From assembly GCA_045106895.1 (NCBI GenBank), contig JBGCFM010000016.1:64001-128000 (forward strand): a stretch of DNA of 64,000 nt. The letters are read 5' to 3'. Below are positions 22,756 through 32,117 of this stretch, in pieces. Each line of letters opens with the position of its first letter. Within the stretch, counting starts at the first letter, position 1. The notes beneath the pieces were generated by a model that saw only the letters and a program-made list of their open reading frames with translations, did no database searches and had not been told where the DNA came from. The DNA is from Polyangiales bacterium (lineage in GTDB: Bacteria; Myxococcota_A; Polyangia; Polyangiales; Houyiibacteriaceae). Made by a program: the position numbers and the translations under genes.

Positions 22756-24825
22756 TCAAGTTTCCGAGAAGAGGTCACCCAGAGATGTGAGGTCTTCTTC
22801 GATGGTCCCCTGTTTGGTCTGCGGGAGGAGCAGCACCGCGCGCCCAGGCCCGATGCGGACGTTGCTGAGGCCAAGGGCGCCGTGGGTGAGCCCTTTCGCG
22901 TGAAGCGCGCTCAGGGCTGCTTTGACTTCGCGGCCGACGCGGAGGCGTTGCGCGTCGCTCAGTTCGGCGCGGAGGAGCGACTCCCCCCGAGGCGACTCCA
23001 GAACGGCGCGTTCTCGTTCATTGTCCACATCAAAGACCGCTTGGAGATGCGGGTGGTCGACTTGTGCGAGTGAGCGGAGGAACTGGCTGCGTTCTGCGCC
23101 GCAAGGCTCGATGCGCACAGTCCGACCCAGGAGCGAGTCCTCCGCCAAGTACGCGCCGCCTTCTCGTGCCTCGATCAGTACGTAGCGCTCCGTCTCTGGT
23201 TTCGGCGCGATAGGGCGCTCCGAAGGCGCAGATGCTCGCTTGCCGAGATCGACCGCGGCTTGGACGGCGTCATGATCCGGGTCCCGCCAGTCGATGGCCT
23301 CCATGGTCTGCAGAACGGCTTCGACGCTCGGTGGACGCACGGTGAGTTCCTTGGCCAGGAGCTGATCGAAGAGCGCGTCGAAGCGCGAGCCGACGTCGGG
23401 GCGCAGTTCCGACACGCGGCGCGGCGTTTCGTTCAGGTGGGCGCTTACAAAGTCGGTGCCCTTGAAGGGGATCGCTCCCGTCAGCATTCGAAAAAGAATG
23501 ATGCCGAAGGCGTATAGATCAGTGCCTGCTCTCGGCTTCTCTCGCCCGGTGATCTGTTCCGGCGCCATGTACGCAAGGGTGCCCATCATCGCTCCGGTGA
23601 GCGTGCTGCTCTGGTCTTGCAGGTGAGCAACACCAAAGTCGCCGATCTTCACATCGCCCGCAGCGCCGAAAAAGACATTCGCAGGCTTGAGATCGCGATG
23701 AATCACCCCGCGCCGGTGAACGGCTTCGAGCCCTTTGAGCATCGACAGAGAGACGCTCTGTGCCGTTTCCAGGGGCAGACGTGCGTCGTGCTCAAGGCGG
23801 TCTTCGAGAGTGCCACCGGCCATGAATTCCATGACGAGGAAAGGGCCGTCCGGGTTGAACTCAAAAACGCGAACGACGTTAGGGTGGTGAATCCCCGCGG
23901 CGACATGGGCCTCCTGCGCGAAACGCCGGTAGCTGTCTCGTCCACGTGCGCCGGCGGCGACGTTCAGAACCTTGATGGCGACGGCGCGCTCGTAGAAACC
24001 GTCGTGGCCGAGAAGCACGCGTCCACTGCCGCCGGCGCCGAGGGTTCGTGCGATGCGGTAGCGACCCGCCAAGAGCTCGTTGGCTTCGCCGCCTTTGGAG
24101 AGACCCGCGAGCCCGCGTTCATCGCCGAAGGCACTCTTGAGAAACTCGGGCACGGTGAGGACGGTGTCCTCGTTGGGAATCCGCGAGAGCGCAGCGCTCG
24201 CAGCCTGGTCCATGTTGAGCGCGTCGAAGCAGGCCACCAGAAGGGGAAGGGCACGGGCTTCGTACTCGGACGATTCTGCTGCGCGTTGAAGGGCGCGCGC
24301 GGCGTGGTCCCATCGGGCGAACTTGACGAGGATCTGCCCAAGACGAAGGGCGGCGTCGGCGTCATGGGGGTCTTCTTTGAGGCGACGCTCGTAGAGCATC
24401 CCGGCCTCTCGGCTGCGCCCGTTTCGCTCTTCGCAGCGCGCCGCATCGGAGAGATCGCCGGCGCGGGTGAAGAGCCGGGCCGCGCTATCAAGGTCCCCTG
24501 CGGCTTCGCGAAGTCTCGCCGCGTCGCTGAGGCGTCCTTTGGACTCCGCGAAGCGCGCGGCCTCGAGGGCGTCGTCGGGGCGCCCCGCCAAGGTGTCAGC
24601 GAGCGCGGCATGAATGTCGCGCGCGTCGCCTTCAAGAGCGCAGCGATAGGCCAGAGCGAAGAGGCCTGCGTTGCGCGCGATCTCCGCGGCTTTTTGCCAC
24701 TTCCACACCGACGCCAGCAGCTCTGCCGCCTCTTTGGGGCGGTCTTGCCCCAGCAGAATGGCGGCGGCTTCTTCGTAACGTCCTTCTTTTCGAAGTCGCT
24801 CAAGCTCGGCATGGGTGTCGCTCAT
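22756..24825 (-). CDS. Cytoplasmic Ser/Thr kinase with N-terminal TPR-like repeats and a degenerate second kinase-like domain
   Basis: LGAGGSG, VAIK, HRDLKPAN, GDFG, YMAPE; helical A-rich N-terminal repeats. Confidence 0.9.
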   Translation of the reverse strand: MSDTHAELERLRKEGRYEEAAAILLGQDRPKEAAELLASVWKWQKAAEIARNAGLFALAYRCALEGDARDIHAALADTLAGRPDDALEAARFAESKGRLSDAARLREAAGDLDSAARLFTRAGDLSDAARCEERNGRSREAGMLYERRLKEDPHDADAALRLGQILVKFARWDHAARALQRAAESSEYEARALPLLVACFDALNMDQAASAALSRIPNEDTVLTVPEFLKSAFGDERGLAGLSKGGEANELLAGRYRIARTLGAGGSGRVLLGHDGFYERAVAIKVLNVAAGARGRDSYRRFAQEAHVAAGIHHPNVVRVFEFNPDGPFLVMEFMAGGTLEDRLEHDARLPLETAQSVSLSMLKGLEAVHRRGVIHRDLKPANVFFGAAGDVKIGDFGVAHLQDQSSTLTGAMMGTLAYMAPEQITGREKPRAGTDLYAFGIILFRMLTGAIPFKGTDFVSAHLNETPRRVSELRPDVGSRFDALFDQLLAKELTVRPPSVEAVLQTMEAIDWRDPDHDAVQAAVDLGKRASAPSERPIAPKPETERYVLIEAREGGAYLAEDSLLGRTVRIEPCGAERSQFLRSLAQVDHPHLQAVFDVDNERERAVLESPRGESLLRAELSDAQRLRVGREVKAALSALHAKGLTHGALGLSNVRIGPGRAVLLLPQTKQGTIEEDLTSLGDLFSET

Positions 24826-24847
24826 CGGTTGCCCACAGAGTCTGCCT

Positions 24848-25588
24848 TCATTCGCTCTCGTCGGCTGCTGCGCTCTCGTCGGCTGCTTCGCTCTCTTCGG
24901 CGCTCACGTTCTCCAGGGCGCTCGTCGCGGCATACTGCTCGGCTCGCGCCTTGGAGCTTCCGCTTCCTCGGGCAAGGATCTTGCCATCGGCGAGGACGGC
25001 GACGTGAAACGTGCGCGCGTGGTCCGGTCCGCTGGTCTCCAGGAGTTGATAGCGGGGTGTCACGGATTGAGTCCGCTGCATCAGCTCCTGCAAACGAGAC
25101 TTTGCGTCGCGTTCGGCACTTACGTCTTGGAGACGCGGGTCGAAGAGTCGGCGTACCACTTCCCGCGCGTCGGCGTACCCAGCGTCCAAGAGAAGCGCGC
25201 CAACGAGGGCCTCGAATGCGGAACACAAGAGCCGCGCCTTCTCACGACCTCCGGACCGCTCTTCCCCCTTTCCGAGACGAAGCGCCGCGCCGATATCGAG
25301 TTCGTCCGCAACGGAGCGGAGACCCGCTTCGCAAACGAGCTCCGCACGAAGCCGAGTGAGTTCGCCTTCGGACGCCTTCGGGCGCGTGGCGAAGAGCAGC
25401 TCAGCGGTGATCATTCCCAAAGCGGCGTCACCCAGAAACTCCAGTCGCTCGTTGTCCGCGTCGATGGCAGCGTGCTCGTTGCGGTACGAGCGGTGCGTCA
25501 TCGCCGTCAGCAGGAGCTCTTGAGAGTTGAAGGTGTACTCAAGGGAGTCTTCGAGGGGATGCGTTTTGCGAGCGGGCTTCGTGGACAC
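24848..25588 (-). CDS. rnc: Ribonuclease III
   Basis: THRS; NERLEFLGDA; FEALVGA; dsRBD DAKSRLQE...GPDHARTF. Confidence 0.97.
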   Translation of the reverse strand: MSTKPARKTHPLEDSLEYTFNSQELLLTAMTHRSYRNEHAAIDADNERLEFLGDAALGMITAELLFATRPKASEGELTRLRAELVCEAGLRSVADELDIGAALRLGKGEERSGGREKARLLCSAFEALVGALLLDAGYADAREVVRRLFDPRLQDVSAERDAKSRLQELMQRTQSVTPRYQLLETSGPDHARTFHVAVLADGKILARGSGSSKARAEQYAATSALENVSAEESEAADESAAADESE

Positions 25589-25652
25589 GACGAGGCACCG
25601 TAGCAGGTCGCTGCGGTCTTGGAAGTACAGATGAGGTTAGCCCGGTAGCGGG

Positions 25653-26966
25653 TCAGCTCTCGCGCTGCCGGATAGTGGCGCACAGTCCAGGACGTTCATC
25701 GGGACCTTCTCCGCGTGCGAAGACTAAGTCCAGGGCGTGGTGCTCAGCGACCTCTCGCGTGATGGCGATGCCGAGCCCCTGGCCTTCCGGGTTTCGAGAG
25801 CGGGCTTCTTCTGAACGAAAACGCGCCTCGCCGAGTCTCGTGAGGTCTTCGTCGCTAACCCCTGGGCCGTCGTCGAGGACTTTGAACTCCCAGCGTTCTG
25901 CGTCGCTGAGGACCACGGCGACATGACCGCCCTCCGAACCATAACGAACGGCGTTGTGCACGAGGTTGCTCATCGCGCGTTCTAAGAGCGTTGGGTCGGC
26001 GTTGACGTAGAGCGGCGCTTGAGGAGTCGCGTGGTTCAAGGCAATGCCTTTGGCGCGGGCGATGGGGGCGTGGCGTGCCACAACACGTTCGACGAGCTCG
26101 CCGAGGTCGACCCCGTCCACTCTGCGAACCGGGATGGCTCCCTCAAGGCGTGCCGCGGCGCTGAGGTTCTGCAAGAGCGAAGCGATATAGTGCGACTCCT
26201 CCAAGGCGCGGCGCGTGTCTTCGCCGGGCTGCACTCCGTCCAAGTTGATGAGGTGCCCTTGGAGAACCGTGAGTGGAATCATCACGTCATGCATGGTGTT
26301 GGCGACGTAGCGAGACAGCGCGGCGTCGCGCTTCGCCAGCGCCTCGACCTTGTCCTGGAGAGCAGTGCGATCGGCCTCGATCACCTTGGAGAGCTCCGCG
26401 ATTTCATCGTCGCCGGGCTGTCGAATCGATCCTGCACCTTCCACTGCGCGCCGGAGACGACGGATGCGGCGAACCATAGGGCCGGCGGCGAGGAGGGCGA
26501 TGAACGCCGCCACGAGGGCGGGGACGAGAGCTAGTAGAAACCCGAGGCCGGGTTGTTGAGGTTCCGGGCGCTGCACCACGATGACGCTGCAGCGTCCTTC
26601 TCCTACGCGGAGAGCGAGGACGCGACGGCCGCCATTGTCGCTGACGTGGGAAGCCGTGTCGGATTCGTGCAGCCCCGCGACGAGTTCCGGTTCGAGAGGC
26701 CGGAAGATGGGCATCGAAGGGGAGAGGTCTTCGTCATAGAAGCGAACGCGGGTGGGCCGAGGAGCGCGTCGCCGTCGGCCTCTCCGCCCACCGAACCGTC
26801 CGTCTTCGCAGCGCTCCTGGAGCGAGGCGTGCTGATCGCGCGCGGATTGCACCATCGCCTCGACGGCGACGGTGTGAGCGAACCAGGCGCCGGCGGCGTA
26901 GACGAGCAGCGTGATGGGAATGACGGAGAGCGCGAGGGTGAGCGCCAACTTTCCGCGGAGCTTCAC
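25653..26966 (-). CDS. Sensor histidine kinase
   Basis: Two TM segments; H-box ANTMHDVMIPL; NLVHNAVRY; DDGPG; GQGLGIAI. Confidence 0.92.
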   Translation of the reverse strand: MKLRGKLALTLALSVIPITLLVYAAGAWFAHTVAVEAMVQSARDQHASLQERCEDGRFGGRRGRRRRAPRPTRVRFYDEDLSPSMPIFRPLEPELVAGLHESDTASHVSDNGGRRVLALRVGEGRCSVIVVQRPEPQQPGLGFLLALVPALVAAFIALLAAGPMVRRIRRLRRAVEGAGSIRQPGDDEIAELSKVIEADRTALQDKVEALAKRDAALSRYVANTMHDVMIPLTVLQGHLINLDGVQPGEDTRRALEESHYIASLLQNLSAAARLEGAIPVRRVDGVDLGELVERVVARHAPIARAKGIALNHATPQAPLYVNADPTLLERAMSNLVHNAVRYGSEGGHVAVVLSDAERWEFKVLDDGPGVSDEDLTRLGEARFRSEEARSRNPEGQGLGIAITREVAEHHALDLVFARGEGPDERPGLCATIRQRES

Positions 26967-27634
26967 GCTTCCGGGCCCGCGGTCTCAAGCTTGTAGCCGA
27001 TACCCCAGACGGTCTTCAGCTGTGCCGCCGCGCCGCCAAGCTTCTTCCGGAGACGTGAGATGTGCACATCCAAGGTACGCTGTCCGCCCTCGTGTCCGGG
27101 GTCCAGGGCCGCATCGACGAGGGCCGCGCGGGTCATCGCGGAGGATGGGCGGCGCATCAGCGCCAAGAGGATCTCGAACTCAGCGGTGGTGAGCTCGATC
27201 TCTTCGCCGCTCACGCTCACCCGACGTGCATCTTCGTCGAGGGTGATGGCGCCCACCACGAGTTCGTTCGTCTCGCGTTCAAAGAGCGGGCGGCGGAGTC
27301 GGGCCGCGACGCGAGCGAGGAGTTCCTCGGGCCAGAACGGCTTGGTGAGGTAGTCGTCGGCGCCAAGCTGGAGCGCGCGCACTTTGTCGGAGGTGTCCGA
27401 ACGGGCGCTTAGGATCAGGGCGGGAACGTCTGAACGCCGCCGGTAGGCCTTGAGAATGTCGAGGCCGTAGGTGCCCGGAAGCATCAGGTCGAGAACCACA
27501 AGCCGGACGTTTGAGAGGTCGGCATCTCGCGCTTTGTCCCCGTGGCGAAACCACTCCACTTCGTAGCCGGCGTCCGTGAGGGTTTTGACGATCTGAGCGC
27601 CAAGCGCTTCGTCGTCTTCGGCGAGAAGAATCAT
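26963..27634 (-). CDS. OmpR/PhoB-family response regulator
   Basis: LAEDD; LDLMLP; GADDYLTKPF; wHTH LDVHISRLRKKL...TVWGIGY. Confidence 0.96.
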   Translation of the reverse strand: MILLAEDDEALGAQIVKTLTDAGYEVEWFRHGDKARDADLSNVRLVVLDLMLPGTYGLDILKAYRRRSDVPALILSARSDTSDKVRALQLGADDYLTKPFWPEELLARVAARLRRPLFERETNELVVGAITLDEDARRVSVSGEEIELTTAEFEILLALMRRPSSAMTRAALVDAALDPGHEGGQRTLDVHISRLRKKLGGAAAQLKTVWGIGYKLETAGPEA

Positions 27635-28248
27635 GAGAGGACATCCGCGAGCATGGGGCCGCGACCAGAGCGCAGCGCGATGGTGCGCTCTACAAAGACG
27701 CGCAGAAGATTCTCGAGTGCCAGCGCATCGGGACCGGACCCAAGAGCACGAAGCGCGCGAGCAACGGCTTCAAGTGTGCAGAGCCGGCCCTCGCGGCGCC
27801 CTTGCCGAAGCGGGTACGCGGAGGGAGCGTCCGTGGGGAGGGAGACGAGGGGAAGAGCGAGCAAAGGAAGACTCCTCACGTGGGCCTTGGCCCGTCGCCA
27901 AGTCCCGTCGACGACGATGATAGGTGCGCCCGCGTCTGCTGGGGAGAGTCTCCTCGCCGCGCCGGGGAACAGAAGGAGTGCGCCGTCTGGAACAGCCTTG
28001 GGTCGCCCCACGGTCCAGCTGCCGCCGAGTGCTGTGCGCGCGAGCCAGCCAGTGTTTGTGGTGCGGCGCTCCTCCTCAGGGTCGACGACGAAGTGAAAAG
28101 GCGAAGGCGGCTTCAGATGCGGGAGGATATCGCACATACACGTCGTGAGACGCGAACGACACGTGATACATCGCGCGCCCCGCATGCCCCGAGCCCCTTG
28201 TCGCTTCGGGTGCTCGGCGTTCCTTCGTTTTTCCTTTTCCTCCTCCAT
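27631..28248 (-). CDS. DTW-domain protein (tRNA aminocarboxypropyltransferase-like)
   Basis: CxxC...CxC; TNTG; LLFPG; VDGTW; LCTLEA. Start uncertain (28185 or 28248). Confidence 0.85.
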   Translation of the reverse strand: MEEEKEKRRNAEHPKRQGARGMRGARCITCRSRLTTCMCDILPHLKPPSPFHFVVDPEEERRTTNTGWLARTALGGSWTVGRPKAVPDGALLLFPGAARRLSPADAGAPIIVVDGTWRRAKAHVRSLPLLALPLVSLPTDAPSAYPLRQGRREGRLCTLEAVARALRALGSGPDALALENLLRVFVERTIALRSGRGPMLADVLS

Positions 28249-28394
28249 TTGCCGGCAGACCGTACTCCATTCGATTCCCCTTCGCATGGCGTGAATACGG
28301 ATGTCTGGTGCGTCCAATCTTCCAGCGTGATTAGGGCATCGCGGAATCATCGTTTATGCTTGGAGGGCCAGCGTGCGCCATCAGGAGTAATCGA

Positions 28395-28985
28395 ATGCGC
28401 GCCTTTCTCATTGCCCTCGCCATTCTCAACTTTTCAGGAAATACGTTCGCGTCGGGACCAAGCCTCGACGTCATCGCCACAGAAGCGTTCAGCCTCTATC
28501 CAACGGTGTCGACGGACCTGACGTTTGAGAGTGCGCGATCCCAGCTTGGCTGGGGGAGCTTCGACCTGACGGCGGTGCCGGAGGTCGACGAGATTCGCGT
28601 CGATCTCGTGATCGGTGTGCCCGCGGCGGAGGTGGCCTGGGGCGAGTGCAAGGTCTTGGAGCTCGTTGGCGCTCATTCACGTGTGGCTCGTTCCGCCGAC
28701 TGGGCGGGAGTGCCGATGGCGAACGGAGTCTTCGATTCGCTGCGCGGCCGCCTCACCATTCAAGACATTCGAAGCCTCGCGCGAGGGCAGACCTCCTTCG
28801 CCGATGTTTGCGGAGAACGCGTGTTCTTCGACGACGAGGCCCGCCAGTCCATGCTCCGCTTCGTCGAGACCTTCGACGAACTTGCCCTGACCACCGGTGA
28901 GAGCGCGCCTTCGCCGCCGCTAGAGCTCGGGCCCGACCACGACTTCTTTCCCGAGGCTCCTCTTCTCTTTCCGTTTCCGGCCTAG
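28395..28985 (+). CDS. Exported hypothetical protein
   Basis: AGGAG SD; signal peptide; overlaps the convergent HTTM gene by 66 nt. Confidence 0.6.
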   Translation: MRAFLIALAILNFSGNTFASGPSLDVIATEAFSLYPTVSTDLTFESARSQLGWGSFDLTAVPEVDEIRVDLVIGVPAAEVAWGECKVLELVGAHSRVARSADWAGVPMANGVFDSLRGRLTIQDIRSLARGQTSFADVCGERVFFDDEARQSMLRFVETFDELALTTGESAPSPPLELGPDHDFFPEAPLLFPFPA

Positions 28986-29876
28986 CTTGTCTATCACACG
29001 CGCCACAACTCGCTCACTCGCGAAGAAAGGGGCGAAGGCGACGAAGGTGAGCTGGAAGGCAAAGCCGATGGCCATGAGCGCCAGTACCCCGAGGTGGAAG
29101 CCCCACACGAGCACCGCCCAGACTTTGCCGAAGCCGCGGTGGAGCACGGCGACGGGAGCAGCGACTTCGAGGAATAGGCTCAGCCACGCCATGCCACTGA
29201 ACATGCCGGCGTAGGGAAGGAGCGCGGCGCCAATGGGCGAGTAGACGCTGCCGAGTTCCAGCTTTCGCACGTTGTCGAAGGCGACGTAGTTCCGGAGCGT
29301 GTCGCCCTGGGCGAAGTCGAAGCCGCTGTTTCGAAGCTTCGCGATGCCGGCGATGAGATACGCCGCCGCGCAGACCATGCACATGAGGCGAATCATCCAG
29401 CCATAGCGACCTTCACGTTCACGAGCCGCGAGTTCGTCCGGTGCGCGGGGACTTCGGCGGGCATCGAAGCTGAACGCGTCCGCCGCCGGGACAAGAGCGA
29501 GGCAGCCGACGTACAGCACGAAGAGGTTGTCCGTGTGGAGGATCTTTCCCCAGGAATTGCTGTGCGTGAGAACGAAGAGCAAGCCCGCAGCGTAGAGCGG
29601 CGCGAGCAAACGGAAACGCCAGCCGAGGAGAAATGCAAAGCTCAACAAGACGGTGATCAGCACGACGCCTTGGTAGAGCGCTGGGAGCAGCGGGGCGTCA
29701 GACCAGGCGACGATTCCGACGGGAAGGAATCGGTCCAAGTCGTCGAGGCCGTAGCTCCAAAGGTGAGGGAGCCGAATGCACAAGTAGAGCGAGCCGTAGA
29801 GGCCGACGAGAATCCGCAGGCTGGCCAGGCGCGTCGCCGGTGCCGCGTCGAAGAACCAATCGCTGAGCCGCTTCAA
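28920..29876 (-). CDS. HTTM-domain (gamma-carboxylase/SdpB-like) membrane protein
   Basis: RLASLRILVG; LGWRFR; WGKILH; YLIAGIAKL; LEVAAP; FHLG; multiple TM segments. Confidence 0.75.
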   Translation of the reverse strand: MKRLSDWFFDAAPATRLASLRILVGLYGSLYLCIRLPHLWSYGLDDLDRFLPVGIVAWSDAPLLPALYQGVVLITVLLSFAFLLGWRFRLLAPLYAAGLLFVLTHSNSWGKILHTDNLFVLYVGCLALVPAADAFSFDARRSPRAPDELAAREREGRYGWMIRLMCMVCAAAYLIAGIAKLRNSGFDFAQGDTLRNYVAFDNVRKLELGSVYSPIGAALLPYAGMFSGMAWLSLFLEVAAPVAVLHRGFGKVWAVLVWGFHLGVLALMAIGFAFQLTFVAFAPFFASERVVARVIDKLGRKRKEKRSLGKEVVVGPEL

Positions 29877-30355
29877 GGCGCGACCTCGCAGCGCGCGTGG
29901 ATGACGTGCTCTTGGAGAGAGTCCTGTGGGTCTTCGCTGGCGAAGTACACAACCGTGTCCCAGGTGTCCGTCGCGAGTTCCACCTCGGCGTAGTCTTCGC
30001 CGGCGGCTCGGATGCGCCCGGCGACCTCTGCGCAGAACGCGTCTGCACCATGCTGAACGCCGATCTCGATAGTCCGCAGAGACTGGAGCACCTCGCGGTT
30101 ACCGGCGCTGAGCATAGGTGAGAGAGGCTCGCGCGAGCCATCTGCGCGAACGCCAACGGCGTGCATGAGCGTCAGAACTGGGCTTGGGCGTCCATGAGAG
30201 AACATCGGGTAACTGGACAGCGGAAACGAATCTTCGTGGGGTTCCCAGCTAACGGGAACGAACACGATGGCGAGGAGCGCCAGCGCAAAAAGGACCGCCG
30301 CGACACGCCAGCCGCGCGACCTTTGGGGATTCTCTACTGGTTCTTTCGTAACCAT
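29873..30355 (-). CDS. Single-TM partner of the HTTM protein
   Basis: TM followed by DSFPLSSYPMFS; overlaps both neighbours. Confidence 0.65.
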   Translation of the reverse strand: MVTKEPVENPQRSRGWRVAAVLFALALLAIVFVPVSWEPHEDSFPLSSYPMFSHGRPSPVLTLMHAVGVRADGSREPLSPMLSAGNREVLQSLRTIEIGVQHGADAFCAEVAGRIRAAGEDYAEVELATDTWDTVVYFASEDPQDSLQEHVIHARCEVAP

Positions 30356-31254
30356 CGGCGGCGAATATGACCGGAGTTCAGGAAGCCCCAGAGGGCGCCG
30401 ACGACGAGACCACCGGAGTGGCCCCAGTTGGCCACGGGCATGAAGCCGGCGAAGCAAAGCACGTAGAATCCAAGCATCCACATGACGGTTGTTTTAGGGA
30501 GCGCCAAGGGAAACGCCGGGTCGTAGCGCCCGCGGATCCAAATATAGCCAAAGAGACCGTAGACAACCCCGGAGAGTCCACCGAAGTACACGCCGCCGAA
30601 GTAAAACTGCGGGAACGCGCCTGCGAGGTGCGTGACGACGAAGAAGCACACGAGCCACAGGCTGGAGTGAACACGTTCAAGGCTGGCGGCGAGATCCTTC
30701 CACCACCACAGGTTGAAGAGAATATGAAAGATGCTGAGATGCACAAACGCAGGGGAGAGGATGCGCCAGACCTCACCGTTTTCCCATGTCGCGACGAGCC
30801 ACGCCGTCTTCGTGTAGAACACGCCCCCTTGAAGAATGGGGACCGACGCGAACCAAAAGTGCTGAACGGCGGCCCGATCGTCTCCGAGCTCCGTGACGAA
30901 CGCGATGCACGCGCAGATGCCGATCACGGCGATGGTGATCGGCCCCATGCCGTCGGCTTTGAAGGTGTCCCGCGCTTTCATGACGCGGTGACGGCTCTTC
31001 TTCTCGCGGACCTTCTCCTTTTTGCGGAGCGCCGAGGCGCTCTCTTTCAGCTTGGAGAACCGGGCGTCATTTGGGTCTTTAAGAAAGACCTCGAGGATCG
31101 CCTTCGCGGCGTCGAGGTCATCGTCATTCTCGACCCATACATGGAACGAGCCGTCCTTGCTCTCGCGCAACGATGCTCCGATGGAATCACCGTAGAGCGC
31201 TTCCGAAAAGCGCTCGGCGTCCTTCTCGGACTCAAAGGCATGGAGCATGCGCAT
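30334..31254 (-). CDS. Rhomboid intramembrane serine protease (GlpG-like, with soluble N-domain)
   Basis: WRILSPAFVH; HILFN; GGLSGVVYG; NWGHSGG. Confidence 0.93.
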   Translation of the reverse strand: MRMLHAFESEKDAERFSEALYGDSIGASLRESKDGSFHVWVENDDDLDAAKAILEVFLKDPNDARFSKLKESASALRKKEKVREKKSRHRVMKARDTFKADGMGPITIAVIGICACIAFVTELGDDRAAVQHFWFASVPILQGGVFYTKTAWLVATWENGEVWRILSPAFVHLSIFHILFNLWWWKDLAASLERVHSSLWLVCFFVVTHLAGAFPQFYFGGVYFGGLSGVVYGLFGYIWIRGRYDPAFPLALPKTTVMWMLGFYVLCFAGFMPVANWGHSGGLVVGALWGFLNSGHIRRRWLRKNQ

Positions 31255-31309
31255 GCCGAGGTCATAGCGCAGATGCGCTCCTCGTCGATCGGCTAGGTCA
31301 CAGAGGCCC

Positions 31310-31990
31310 TCACGTCTCGGGTTTTAGAAGAGGAGCGTATGACTCATCTCGATCGCGACAGATATCGGCGAGTACGCCTTCCAATCGCCCTTGGCCTTCG
31401 CGTCGCAACGTCGCGGCGTTGGTTTCCGCCACCCGTTCGTGAAGCGGAGGCTTTGAGGGAGGGGCCGAGAGGATCGACGCAAAGTCGACGTTCTCAAGGT
31501 CGATGAAACCCGTACCGGAGTCTGAGCCGCTTCGAACCGAGTCAAGGACGCTCCGTCGCACCATTTGGATCGTCGGGTCGGGAGAGCGTCGAACGAAGGG
31601 GAGGGCGCGGGCGGCGCTCGAGTCATTAAAGGGCGCGCTGGGGTGAAACGCGGCGAGGGCCATCGGAGGAGAGCCGTCGTAGACTTCTGCGTACTCTTCC
31701 CGAAGCGTCGCGGTGAGCTGCTCGAACGCCTTACGCTCCATGTCGAGCGCCGGAAAGAGAATGAACGTCACCTCGTAGGTTTCGTCCTCGCCGAGCTCTT
31801 TCATGGCGTCGAGGATCGGCGCGCGCGTGTCGCCTTCGGCGTAGAGGAGCACACGCGTCGCCGTCCGGCCCTCCACGCGTGCCTTCTTTGCCCACGGACA
31901 GAATCCAAAGCCCTCCACAAACTCAACGCTGAAACGTTCGTGGATTCGCCGCGCTTCGGTGATGAGCGCGTCCAGGTGTTCGGGTTTCAC
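31310..31990 (-). CDS. Hypothetical protein, DUF1415-like
   Basis: FCPWA, AAFHP and RRSPDPTIQMVR resemble the DUF1415 LCPFA/FHP/RSPYP motifs. Confidence 0.6.
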   Translation of the reverse strand: MKPEHLDALITEARRIHERFSVEFVEGFGFCPWAKKARVEGRTATRVLLYAEGDTRAPILDAMKELGEDETYEVTFILFPALDMERKAFEQLTATLREEYAEVYDGSPPMALAAFHPSAPFNDSSAARALPFVRRSPDPTIQMVRRSVLDSVRSGSDSGTGFIDLENVDFASILSAPPSKPPLHERVAETNAATLRREGQGRLEGVLADICRDRDESYAPLLKPET

Positions 31991-32117
31991 CCCCCGATGG
32001 TATCTCAGCTCCTCGAAAGTGGGCGATCTTGTTCAGGCCGCTTCTGAACGTTGCCTCCGCTCTTGGTTGGCGGCGCGAAGCACTCGGCGCGAATCCCGTT
32101 CCTGCTAGGCTGTGTGC

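Noticed and set aside
28189..28240. Plus-strand hairpin followed by a pyrimidine tract, resembling a terminator
   Set aside because: Better explained as the minus-strand coding start of the DTW protein (MEEEKEKRRNAEHPKR); no plus-strand gene lies upstream.
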